From assembly GCA_011109175.1 (NCBI GenBank), contig RDEW01000002.1, forward strand, positions 2,272,997-2,336,996: a stretch of DNA of 64,000 bases. The letters run 5' to 3'. This document shows positions 12,050 to 24,639 of this stretch, piece by piece. The first letter of the stretch is position 1. Each line of letters opens with the position of its first letter. The translations under genes and the position numbers were made by a program. The notes below the pieces were generated by a model. The model was not told the DNA's origin. It was given only the letters and a program-made list of their open reading frames with translations, and did not search any database. The stretch comes from Dicyema japonicum (taxonomy: Eukaryota > Animalia > Dicyemida).

Positions 12050-12460
12050 GAGAGTTTATACTCTGCTTGATGAGAATAAAATTCGAGTTGGGGTTTTTCC
12101 TCGGCGAGGTCTTGACATTCGCTTAAACACCGATGCCGATGTGAGGGAGGGTTGACAGGAAAGAACTACATCCACTGTTATGCAGACGGAGCACCTCGTC
12201 ATGCAATGCTGAAATCGTCTCTCATGAGGGCTATTAAAGAAGCCGGATTTACTTGCCTTCTGGAAACCGTCTTTCTTGACAGAGGTGATGACAAGAGGCC
12301 GGATGGCGTAACTACCATGCCATAAAGCCAAGGGAAATGTCTTGTTTGGGATTCAACACGCAAGGACACTTTATCTAATGCGAATTTGCTCAAGTCATCG
12401 ATGCACACGAATACCGCAGTTAACATTGCTGAATTTTTGAAAATGAGAAAGTACCACGGT
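12050..12460 (+). mobile_element. CRE-clade RLE domain fragment
   Basis: RPDGVTTMP*SQGKCLVWDSTRKDT...AEFLKMRKY corresponds to the RPDG/WDVT/K..KY motifs. Confidence 0.65.
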
Positions 12461-13029
12461 ATTGGTACTGGTTGATGCGTCTCGCCTTATTGGCTCGAGC
12501 ACGTCTGAGTTCATCACGTTAATCGGATGGCTGGATAATAGAAATTACCATTAATACAATTCAAGGTAAACCACATGATTAAGATCATTGAAATATTTAT
12601 TTATGGAATTACTTTAAATTAATTTTTATAAAAAACAATAATAAATTGGAGTCATGGTAGTGCAACATTTATTGTACTGATATCCCTCTTTGTACTATGA
12701 GAGAAATCTTGGACAAATATTAGGAAGTTACAGGAAATGCAAAAGAGGCCTTTCAGAGTAACGGAGAGTTAGATTTGGGGAGAACACCGAACCGGACCGA
12801 AGCCTTTGGAGGCATTATTAGACTAGACTCCAGAATGCTGGAATACGCCCATAAATTCAGTCAACAGTACTGTACGATCATGCGTGGGCACGAAGGAGAA
12901 ACATCGGGAAAAGATGAGGTCACTGATGGAACGCATCGGGATCACGTGATAGTCAGTTTGGGTTTACCATGGTCAGGGGTGTTAAAAAATACGCAGATTC
13001 TCTGAGGTCCCCTGTGATTGATGACATAT

Positions 13030-13450
13030 GATTCCCGAGTCTATTGAAGAGAGCATTGAACGAATGTCCATGGGCTTTGTTTTGTCGACACAGACTATTA
13101 ATTATATCAGTGCTGCATGGATTATCTCGTTATCACCATCGGCACTGGAAGTTCTACAAAATCTTTGTCTCAGATTACTATTGAGATCGTCGAAAGAGAC
13201 GTCCACCTCGTTACTACGGAGAACACTAAACGTCCTTCAATCTTGGAATATCTTACGGAACGTCATTGGGACATCCTCAAAGGCAAAATCCCCTGACCAT
13301 CCCCTCGGACCGCACATACTATATATGGACGCCACCCGAGATATAAGAAAAAACCTTCCCCGCTGTGGAGATTAATCCAGGACTCCAAAACTAACAGCTG
13401 GAAAGGGACTGGGTATGAACACCGGGCTCACTTAATTAGACGATAGCTTT
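13030..13450 (+). mobile_element. Jockey-like LINE 3' fragment (RT C-terminus plus 3' UTR)
   Basis: LEVLQNLCLRLLLRSSKETSTSLL; 3' UTR matches the inverted copy at 58560-58690. Confidence 0.6.
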
Positions 13451-14519
13451 TATCCTCTTTTTTGTGATTTCGGGATTAATAAAATAAATGAATTTTATCG
13501 GTTCTCACAATCTTAGAAGAAGAGAGATTTAAAATATAAACAAGTATTTTTAAAGTAAAATAAACTCAAAGGTTTTTTGGATTATTAAAGGGTCAATTAC
13601 AAGCAACGTGTGAGAGTATGGAGGGTCTGTTAAAATTTCTTGATTGGAGACGACAAATCGTAAAAACAAGCAAATATTTATTTCTGCTTGAAGAAAATTT
13701 CATTAAACACAGAAAATATATAATGTCGACACAGAATACGAAAAATATAATTTTCAAGTAACTAATGTCAACACTAAAGAGCTAATATTAATGAATGAGA
13801 TCCATAAATCTCAGAAAAGTGGATTATCTAATCTTTTTGCTGACTGATTTATTCGGTCAAGATTCTGATCAAAGAATATACAAAGACGACAATAAGGTCG
13901 CGAATTAAGTGATGAGATATATATAAGAAACCCGACTCTCTCCGTTTCCTTGAATGACAATATGACAATATCCCAATAAGAGTGTCTGTGTTTATGATTA
14001 TGAAGTTTAAACAAAATATTTATGAATTTGCCTTGATTATATTTTAGGTTATGTCCAATTTTTTGTATTCCAGTGAATCTATTATTAATGAATAGACTGA
14101 GTAACACTTTTATATTAGTTATTATTCAATCATATAGTAATATTGTCCAACATAACCATCGATTTGCATTCTTCTGAGAGACATCAGTAATCGTATTTAA
14201 AAAATGATTTTTGTTCCTTACTGGAAAGGTTCTGGCATGGCGAAACATGCAACAGGAAACTATTAAACAGGTTCTACCTCTTCCTCTCGTATATGATAGT
14301 ACTCGGCGTTCTGGAGTACCCTAATAATTAGTGTCCGCTTTGGTGGGTTCTTTTCTAAGTTTAGTAGACAAAATGAGTTTTATCAACTCAATTTGAAAAT
14401 TTTCAGTCTTGGAAAATATTAGGACTCCCATAAATACAAAATGTAAATGATACTAAGTCCCAACCTGTGGCACGCACAACTGTCTTTTCCGTTATGTTCC
14501 TTCGACATCCACGGTTCTA

Positions 14520-15300
14520 GGCCGAGCGACCTCTCCATAAATTCACTTTCAGCATTGTACAAAGGTTGTTCAGACGTGCGATAATTTCACTTAGCTCCAG
14601 AGAAAACTGTCTCGAGGACTCCTGCCTTGCTCTGTTCATGTTACCGTGTAGCACTACGCTCCACCGACCCATTTTGAGTATGTAAAATATTGGTCCTCAT
14701 CATCTCTTGTGTATACTTGACCGTTTCCCGAGATACCGTCTCGGAAACTTCTGACATGCTCTGCATAAGTTTCCTTGCATCGCTCCGCTCCACCGGCCCA
14801 TCCAGAATATGTGAAATATTGGTCAATTCATCTCTTGTGTAGGCTTGATCGCTTCCTTTATAGACACTGTCTTAATGGGAGTCATTTTCTTGAATGCCTT
14901 TTCATAGCAGGACATCTTCTGTAACGGGCATTATGTCTTGATCCTCCACAATTAATACAGTTTGTCTCCACGTTTGGAGAAAATTCACATATAACTAGGT
15001 CGTGTTCCCTTTAACACTTGAGGCATTTCTTCTCCTTGCAATGTGCGTGATATGACAATTCGTTCGCAATTGTAGTAGATAGGAGGGGGCTTCTTCATCC
15101 ACTGACAAAGGATCTTGTTCGATTCAATGTAGAAGCCAAAACGTATCAGCGATGTGGCCTCCGCATTACGGAGGACGTGAAGAGCTACAGGTCTTCATTG
15201 TTGTGACTTTAACTACAGCTCTTTTAGATCCTTTTGTGCTAACCTTACGAGAAAAGAAAAAGCGATCCCAAAATTATCAAGGATTTTGAAATCAGTCCAC
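14520..15300 (-). mobile_element. LINE ORF1-end fragment
   Basis: 14545-14990 is a diverged copy of 21575-21900, which lies directly 5' of an APE domain. Confidence 0.5.
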
Positions 15301-15739
15301 ATTGATTTGGAATGTCAAAGAACGCTATGATGGCTATGGAAAGCTTTACTTTTAACATTTAAGAAAAGATAAAAAACAAAGCTTTTTATAGTTCAGCATA
15401 ATGGCAAAGCTACTATTGCATCGAGAGAAATTCAAACAGCAGTACGCTTGATTTTGCTTAGAGAATTGGCAAAGCATGTTATTACGGAAGGGGGAAATGC
15501 CGTCACTAAGTATACTTGTATTCTAACCATTTTTCCCTTACTTAAGAATAGCCCACATAGGCCTAATAATAATATTAACAAAAGAACATTTTTTATTATT
15601 TTTAACGCAGTTTAAAAAGTCCGTTTTAGTGTGTTTTCCAATTTTCATTTTAATATCGATTTGTGCATAGTGAACAACTTATCTGTCGTCAACATATATT
15701 TATACTATTTTCGGAAAATCAATCAGCCTCATTTGCTCT

Positions 15740-17890
15740 ATTTCAAGATTTCAGCCTCCCAATTTGTATCGAAGACCGAGGGCAGGGCTGAATCCGTCAC
15801 ACAGCCAGCTGTCCAACAGGCTGTGCATGCCCTCAACGAAGGCGGAGTAGAGGATCATCTCCCGAGGATTGTAGGCTGGACTACAGTAGGGAGAAAAAGG
15901 AAGTCTGCGGTTTGTGCCAAACGGTTTTTGGCTCGAGGTGCCGAAGGTAGGAGTAGTGAAACTCCTATGTGGAATAGGTACTCTGGCTACCTATGCCAAA
16001 GGAAAGATCGTCAGACGTGAGATTCCGACTTGCTGGTGGGATTTAGAAACGAGGTGGACGTCTCAGCTTTTGAAGCTGAGGTAAATAAGACGGTACCTTT
16101 TGGGCCCGGGGCACATAACATGTGTCGAATCATCCCCAAGAAACAAACTCGATTGTACAAGTCTTCGGGGTATCTCTGGACTTCATCGATGAGGATGTAC
16201 TCGAGTTCATCAAGAAGGACTACCCCACTACGCACAAGATCGAGCGCTTCAAGAGTGGGTTGTTAGGCTACGAACTCTCAAGTTTTGGATAAGATCCGGA
16301 GCAGAAAGGATCTGCTTGGAGAAGTTAAAAATAGGTTACTTTAAATTCGGTGTGGCACGAGAGCGACCGGTAGCAACCCAGTGCTACAGATGCCAGTGAT
16401 TCGGTCACACCAGCTCCCGATGCACATCTAGAAGTGCCTAAATTGCAGGGGTCCACATTCGCGAAGGCATGCCTGTCAATCCAGAGTCAGGTCTCTCAAG
16501 TGAACTGTGGCGTGGAAGGAACTATTGCAATGCATCTGTGGTTACGCTCCAGACGGCGCTTAGAGATATTGCTTTATCTTGTAGGTTAGATAATGCGTCG
16601 AAACAATGCCCAACATTCAAAAACTTTTGAATTCAAAAACTATATAAAACAACGGCTTCAACAAAAGAAATATATAAAAAAACAACTTCTTGAATACAAA
16701 AATATATATATAAAACGACTTCTTCGTGAATACAAAAAATATAAAAACTTCTAGAATTCAAAAACTACGTAAAACAATGGCAAGAACAAAATAAAATATA
16801 TATAAAAAACAACTCTTCATGAATACAAAAAATATATGATGTAGAGCGTTCCCTAATGCGCTAAGGGACATTGCGCTCTGCGATAGAAAGGTAAGTGCCC
16901 CGAAGTGATGTTACGCATCATTTCTGTTAATGCTAGGTCCCTCCGGAGAAGAAAGAAGGCCATCAAGGATCTTCTGGAGTCCCTGGAGGTGGACATTTTG
17001 GTCCTCAACGAGACCAAGTGTAGGAATACGGCTGCTGCAGAATTTAAAGGTTATACTAGTTGTCATCTCTTGTGGAAAGACACACATATAGAGGTTGTTA
17101 TCTCTTGTGGAAAGACACACGAAGTATAGAGGACGTCATCTCTACGGAGAGACGAAAACTGAGCCACTCTCGGGGAGTCCGAAGATGGCATGCATCACCG
17201 AGGAGGAGGTCCGGGCCGCCGATCATAAAATCAAAGAACAACGCACGGGGCCAGGACAAGATCCCCATGGCCCTTTTCAAGAAAGGACCTGGAAGTCTCT
17301 TGAATACCTTGGTGAGGTTGTACAACGGTAGCTACAGGTTGGGTTACGTTCCTAGGCGTTGAAAGGAAGCGGAACTGGTTTTTGTCAGGAAATCAGGAAA
17401 TCTTCAATCCAAAGTCAGGTCTCTCAAGTGCGTAAAATGCGTGGAAGAACACAGGGCGAGCAACACCAAGTGCCCCCTGTATCAAAGGCAACGGAGGAGG
17501 TACCACTGGGGAGAAGGCAGGCGCCCTCCTCTGAGATAATGCGTCGAAACGATGCCCAACATTCAAAAACTATACAAAAAAAACTTATTGAATACAAAAA
17601 TATATAAAATAACAACTTCTTCATGAATACAAAATATAAAACTTTTTGAATTCAAAAACTATACAAAAAATGTAAAAACTTCTTGAATTCAAAAACTACA
17701 TAAAAACAACGGCTTCAACAACAAAAATATATATAAAAAACAACTTCTTCATGAATACAAAAAATATATGATGTTGAGCATCATTTCGGTAAACGTCAGA
17801 TCCCTCCGGAGGAGAAGGGAGGCCATTGAAGACCTTCTGGAGGTGGACATCTTGGTCCTCAACGAGACCAAGTGCAGGCTTCTTTAATAA
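15740..17890 (+). mobile_element. Rearranged Jockey/I-like LINE: gag-like ORF1 with zinc knuckles, A-rich spacer, APE start, RT fragment, and partial tandem duplication
   Basis: QCYRCQ.FGH...C...CLNC.GPH (16380-16470); MLRIISVNARSL...DILVLNETK (16908); GQDKIP..LVRLYNGSYRLGYVP (17230-17360); ORF1 end, spacer and APE start repeated at 17400-17880. Confidence 0.8.
16605..16836 (+). repeat. A-rich minisatellite (~25-30 bp units) between LINE ORF1 and ORF2; second copy at 17555-17768
   Basis: Repeated caacttctt(c)atgaatacaaaaa / ttcaaaaactat units. Confidence 0.75.
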
Positions 17891-18469
17891 TGAAAATATA
17901 AAAAATAACTGTGATATCTAAATTAGATTATCCAAAAAAAAGAAAAAAAGATTATTCAAAGTGCTGGTTGTTTTCTTTTATAATAATTATAAATCATCTG
18001 TTCATTAAAAATATTATGACTCTTATTTCAAGGTTGCATTATATACTACAAAGTGACGACAAATCATATAGTGAAGAACAATTCATATTTTTGAGTTACC
18101 TAAATATATAGATATTAGACATTTTGATAACCGCCTTCAACACTATATGATTAATCCAATAATATATTAATAGAATATTTAAAAAAATACAATACAGTAA
18201 GAATTGGGATAGAAAAATAACACACGAGAACCACCACAACAACAACAAACAACAACGTGGGAACTTATCGCTAAATGCATTAAAAGGTTCGCCATATTGT
18301 AAACCAATTTTTAAAAAATAAATAAATATTAAATTAATCTTGAATAAGTCAAAATTTGACGTTAAATTATTTAGTACACCGAGAAAAGATGCGAATACTG
18401 TTGAGGGAGGTCGGATCACTTGAATTTTGTTTATTTTGGATATGACAATAGTTTTGTGGTTCAATTTGC

Positions 18470-19210
18470 TAATGCATTCAGCGTGAGAGGAATTGCGACT
18501 CACTGCAAAAGGCCACTATTGACGAATGACCTTTGTCGTTATGAAGTTTCTATAGCCTGCCTTCAGGAAACAACAGTAAAAAAGGACACTTGATGAAGTC
18601 GTGAGATTATACATAATTATACTGTCAGAACCAGAATGTAGACATTATGGACAGTGATTTGCTATTCATCGATGTTATGACAATTCAATTCACAGATGGT
18701 GGAGAGTAATTCAAAGGGTCTCTGTCATTCAGCTGATGTTGGGCATAAATCTGAATACCATTATCAACGCATATTTCCCGACTATGGGCTTAGCAATGAA
18801 ATGTCCAGATGAAGTTGAAAACTTCTACACGGAACCGCGATGGGGCATGAACGATATTCGTGCTTCCCCATAGTTTTTCTTGCAGGTGATTGGAACGCAA
18901 AAGTTGGAACACATAGTACGGACTAAAACTTCATTGGAACCCTTAGAAGCGAAAAGAGAAATTCTAATGGTATTGCAATCGCATGTTTTCGCTGTGCATT
19001 TGACCTCTTTTGTGTTACAAGTTGTTCAAACACCACGCAAGGCACTTGATGAAATGGGTCGAACAGAGAAAAATTCGGAATAGTGAGATAGTTCAAATTA
19101 ACATTTAAAGTGATTATATACTGTGTAAGCGTGAATTCAAGTGCAGCTTATGCACTCACAATCTTGTGAAGGCACGATTATACTGAGTGACCATAAAGCG
19201 TCATCTCTCG
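18470..19210 (+). mobile_element. Degraded RTE-type APE endonuclease
   Basis: DLCRYEVSIACLQET, IINAYFPT and LAGDWNAKVG motifs. Confidence 0.65.
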
Positions 19211-19214
19211 CTTT

Positions 19215-19790
19215 ATACTAGGAAGATGTTATTAGTGATCGAGAGACAACATAACGCACTTGAGAGACCTGACTCTGATTGACAGGCCTTTCGCGAATAC
19301 GTGGGCCCCCGCAATTTAGGCACTTCTCTTTATAATTACATCGGGGGCTGTTGTAGCCGAATCCTTGGCATCTGTAGCACTGGATTGCTACCGGTCGCTC
19401 TCGGGCTACACCGAACCTAAAGTAACAAATTCGCACCTTCTTTAGGCAGAGCCTCTCTGCCTCTGCTCCTGATCGAAGTTAGACCTTCAATCTCCGGAGC
19501 CTCACACCCCTACTCTTGAAGCGCTCGATCTTGTGCGCCGTGGGGTAGTCCTTCCTGATGTCTCGTGTTCATTTTCATCAACAAATTCTAGAGGGATCCC
19601 GAAGACTAGTACGATTGAGTCTGTGTCCTTGGGGATGACCCGAGACATGTTATGTGCCCCGAGCCCAAAACTTATCATTAACTTCAGCTTCAAAAGCTGA
19701 GGCGTCCACCTCGTTCCTGAATCCCACCAACAAGTGGGATTTCCTCGTTTGACGATCCTTCCTTTGGCATAGGTAGCCAGAGTACCTATT
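19215..19790 (-). mobile_element. Inverted copy of LINE ORF1 (zinc knuckles)
   Basis: Reverse complement of ~15980-16510; QCYRCQGFGYNSPRC..KCLNCGGP. Confidence 0.75.
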
Positions 19791-19797
19791 ATCTATG

Positions 19798-21910
19798 AAA
19801 AAAATGAAAATGAAATGAATGAAAATGAATTAAAACAACAAGTTATGGAATAGGTAACTATCAGTCCGCCGGTTGGCCTGGACTGTAAATCCGGGTACCA
19901 CTTTTCCTTGATATCCATCAATTACTTGTCTATTAGTTAAGCATCCTGATTTGAATATCTTCCATTACTGGCTTGACATGTTTGTTCTCTTCCTCAGTTT
20001 CTTCCCAAGGGATAGTTTGATTGGCGCTTGCCTTGTTTGCCTTGTTTTCTCTACTCGGGCGAGAATTTCTCTCTCGAGAAGGTGTAGAACCATCCCTCGC
20101 TTCCGTAATTAAGTCTGGGAAAAATCACATTCCGAAAGACAGAGCATGGAATCAACATCCAACTTTAGTCTTCTAGTGCAGAACAGTGCTTGCAAAGCCT
20201 TCTTCTTCGCCCTTCGATGTCCTTCAGGTATGATCTCTCCCATCTACTGCAATCCCCAGGTATTTCATGGATGAAACTTTCGGTATACGAAGAGTGTAGG
20301 GCTCTTCCTGATGCCTGCCCAGCCTGCATATCCTCAAGTAACTGGATTTTTTCATGGAGAGTTTCATGTCTTTCCGATCTCACCAACCTTGGACTTCGTA
20401 GATAAACGCTCCTAGTCGCCGCTCTGAGAGGTATGCCTTCATAGACGAATCCAGGATTAAGATGTCGTCCGCGTATATCATCGACTTGGTCCTAACGTCT
20501 TGCTGTGACGGAAAATCTCCATAAATATGTTGAATAACAAGGATAGATCCCTGTGGCACTTCCCTTATAAACGATATTCCATCCGAAAATCTTCCACCGA
20601 CTACCACGTGAGATATTTTCCCAGTTAAATAGTCCTTCAGCTATAGGAATATTTCTTTAGATATCTTAGATCGTACGAGTTGACAGAAAGGCATTGTGCC
20701 ATCACTATCGAACGTCTTTGAGATGTCAAGGCAAATAAGGCTCAACTGGCTTTTCTTTTCAAATGTACTTGTAATTTTGTAGTTTAATGAGTGAATACAA
20801 GTTCTACACGATCATCCCGGAGGAAACCACATTAGTAAGGTCATAGAAAGTTACACTCTTTTATATACCGATTCAATCTCTTGAATACAATCCGTTCCAT
20901 AATCTTTGATGTAGAACATATAAGGCTTATTGGCATATAACTAGTAGGATTTTTTTTCGACATTCCAGGTTTGAGGATCATCTTCACAATAAAACGGTTC
21001 CATAACGGAGATCAACACATCGTCTGTGCTTCGCTTTCAGAGTATTTCTCTCGCGAATAAGATTCCGTATTGAAGGTGGGCAAGACTGATTGTTCTTCAG
21101 ATAGCTCTTGGAGTAGACCTTACTTCCATATAGTCGTAGATACATCAGCATAGTGTTGAATAGTTCCCAGTTAAAAACTTCCAGCTCATTAGGTGTAGAA
21201 AAGGAATTGGTCTTCATTAGTAAGGTCTTCGACAAATAATGACGATAATGTACCCAGTCTATAGAGGAAGTATCAAAGTATAAGAAAATATCTTCAGCAA
21301 TGTTCGGCTTCAGGATTTAGTTACTTCTTGAGGGATATGATCACTCCCTATGTCACCGAGTCACATCATTCCATATTATCCTTCCTTCCGTGTTTGATTT
21401 TTGTTTCGTTAACTACCAAGACATCCACCTTGGCATTCCTCACAAGTAGCGCTAGTTCATCATGCTTTTTCATCAGGGAGCGGGCATTCACCAGCACTAC
21501 TTTCAAATTCCTTTTCATAGTTTTTGTTGGTGGCCTGCGCTTTCCATAGCCAGGTCCACCAGAATCCATAAATCCACTTTCAGCAGTGTACAAAGGTTGT
21601 TCAGATGTGCGATAATTTCACTTAGCTCCCGAGAAACCTGTCTCGGAGATTCCTGCCTTGCTCTGTTCACGTTACAGTGTAGCACTCCGCTCCACCGACC
21701 TATTTTGAGTATGTGAAATATTGGTCCACTTCATCTCTTGTGTAGGCTTGATCGCTTCCTTTCTCGACAAATTCATAATGGGAGTCATTTTCTTGAATGC
21801 CTTTTCATAGCAGGACATCCTCTGTAACGAGCATTATGTCTTGGTCCTCCACAATTAATACAGTTTGTCTCCACGTTTGGAGAAAATTCACACACAAGGT
21901 CGTCAATAAA
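19798..21910 (-). mobile_element. Degraded Jockey/I-like LINE (APE + RT + 3' stem-loop and tail)
   Basis: LKVVLVNARSL..DVLVVNETK (21366-21520), CLDISKTFDS-like motif (~20720), VPQGSIL and IYADDILIL (20450-20560); tail at 19798-19830. Confidence 0.8.
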
Positions 21911-22630
21911 TGCGTGTATTTACTCACAATATTTTTAGGGGAATCTAACCAACAGAACATTGTTAGCGATATGACATCCAAGGTTACCTAGTCTCCAAGG
22001 TTACTTTATGTTTTTTATCCTATAAATCAGTAGTCCCCAACTGGTGAAACGCGGACCAGTGTCGGTCTGTAGACCAATTGGTACGGGTTTTTTTGTGTAC
22101 GATAGAACATGTCACAAGTAAACAATCTTTTGACGGTCGGCCATTCCTATATTTTAGCGAAATTTGGGTCAATAATTTAATGATGATCACAAGTGTCTAC
22201 AGTCACTGAGACATATATTATCTGTTAGACCAATTATTGATAAAGAGCTAGACATTCACGATTCATGAAGCATCCACGGGATATAGTCCCTTTAAATTGA
22301 AATCACGGATGCTAGATGAAACTCTCTGGACATGAATTGAGAATGGATCCGAAAGCCTCAAAGATGTCACGAAAGATTTCTTCATCTTCGACGAACTCGA
22401 TTTCGTTGAAAACCAAGGATCACACTACCAATGATCTTAAACGGTGACATCCGAAGGAGGCAGAAAGGACTAAATGGACAACGGGAGTTTTCTCGTGGAA
22501 GAAACAAATAGAGGAGGGTAATATCGTTTTAGTTTTGTTGGTTGCAAATTCCTTAGGCTTCCATCGTCGCCTAAAACGTAGTGTTTCTGAGTTTCTGGAA
22601 TGTCTCCGAGGTAGAGATTAATGAGTGAAG

Positions 22631-23020
22631 GAAAAAGAACAGATCACCAAGAGTTGAGAAATATCACAAATATGACTACTTGTGGGAAAATGGAGAGTTT
22701 ACTTCTGCCTCTGACCAGCTTGTAGATCTGGCATGTGCTTGTCGTGAGAACTTTCCATTGAATGCTAACAAAGATATAATAACGGACACATGTGGAGATG
22801 AGGAATTGAGTGAGTTGGCGACGAACTCTTCTTCAAAGAGAAGGAGAGTGATAACCAACAATTTATTTAAATCCCAGGGATCACCGAGAAGGAAAGACAG
22901 AAGAAACGTCAAACAGTTGGTCACATTCTGGCTTAATCAGCAATCAGTCGGATTGTCTCCAGAATATACTATGATTTCCATTGATTATCTTTTTGTTCTC
23001 TCAAAAACTCTTGGAGGTAA
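22631..23020 (+). other. Possible coding exons of an unidentified gene
   Basis: ~130 codons without stops, an acceptor at ~22630 and an in-frame 21-nt GT..AG segment; no family recognised. Confidence 0.2.
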
Positions 23021-23989
23021 CCTTTAACTTTCTCTACATGTTAAATGCGTTCTGACAAAATGGAGGAGATCAATGCACTTATATGTCTCCCAAGGCTATA
23101 GAATATCGGAAATAACCTTATCGTAGATGCTATGTAGACGCAGTCATCGAGCCAAGCATTTATACACATGCATTGTGGCCTTTGTACATAACCTGGACGA
23201 TCAAAACAAGCCAGAAAGGGTAGTTTTCTAGAAATGACTCTTCTCTAATACCTCTGGGGACCCTGATCAGTAAGAAGAGAGGGACGCACCAGTTCGACTA
23301 CGGAACCGATAAGTGTTTATGTGGGCTTGAAGGAAGAGCATCTATCCAAGATGATTTCAATACTGAAGCGTCTCGGGGTCATGCAAATAGTTAGCTCGGT
23401 ATTACTCTGTTCTTTGAAATTTTTATTTTCTTAAATTTCTGTTGAAATATTTAAAAATACACAAAATAATTGGAGGAAATGGTCACGGAGCCCTTACTCC
23501 ATCGACATTTATGTTTTTAGCTCCACAAAATGATGTAAAATGACAATTTGGAGGTCAACTTGTTTTACGATGCTGATTCGGCTAAAAATTACTTTTTTTC
23601 AGCCAATTGTTAAGACTTGCTGTTAGTTGTAAATATTTTATTTAAAGTGAAAAGTATTAATAATAAATCATACTCATCGGATTCCTCTGCAGGGATGAGA
23701 GAAGGCTCTTTCATACGGTAGTGGGAGACTACAGATGACTACAGACGTTGGATGGCTCGTTGATCGACTGGGATTACCTAACTGTCTTACGTTTTTTTCA
23801 TCTTTCTTTCTCGGTGATCCCGGAGTTCTAAATAAATAAATGCTCCTTCATGGCTGAACGTCCGATGACATCGGCTCTGACAGCCATGAGTTCGAATCCG
23901 AAAAATCGACTTTTCAGCGAAGGCCAATTCTCGTCAAACAGATCCCACCCGTGAGCCGATGAGTCATTCTTAGTAGATAGGGATCCTGT

Positions 23990-24095
23990 TACCTTCCACT
24001 GCTGAAGAACTTCATAAGTGGAAAGCTCATAGTCTGGGATGTCACGTGTACGGACACTTTCGCTTAAACAACCTACCTCAGAGTGCTGCCTGTTC
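23990..24095 (+). mobile_element. CRE-clade RLE fragment
   Basis: GKLIVWDVTCTDTFA motif. Confidence 0.55.
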
Positions 24096-24639
24096 AACCA
24101 TCTAAAGGCCAAAACATTAAGTTTTGATAGTATGCTCACCTCCCCAATGATGAGACGTTGCTTTATCTCCCAGTGTAAACCTCCGAAGCTTTTGAATTTG
24201 CATTACGCTTTCAATACCTATGAGTCATTACTGCGGGTCTCTAGATCTCTAATTTTTTGTTCTAGTTTTTCAAAATGTCAATGTTTTGCTTGATAATTAT
24301 AACCCTCATCCAAGCACAGTGTCCAGAGGTATTCGAGAAAATTCCGTTCTTTAAGCTTTTCAAACAGAACTCGCATTTTATCAGTCAAAACTCTTTTTGT
24401 GGACAAAATTCGACGATAATTAAATCTTTTCCGAACACTCACAAGTTAAGGTCTCCCAAATGAGTCAGAATGTCGGTTTCTTCTCCTTCAAGGAGGAGTC
24501 CCCAAGGATTCAAACCGATTGCCCAGATCCTCAACCTTCAATCAGTCACAAAAATAAATTATTGTGAAGTTGAGAAAGTTCCTTCTCAAGTTTAGCAGCC
24601 ATCTTAGCATTCGGCTGTATAGTAAGCTCCAATCAATTG

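Noticed and set aside
16841-16905. HDV-like ribozyme
   Set aside because: Helix order does not fit the P1-P2-P3-P1.1-P4 double pseudoknot.
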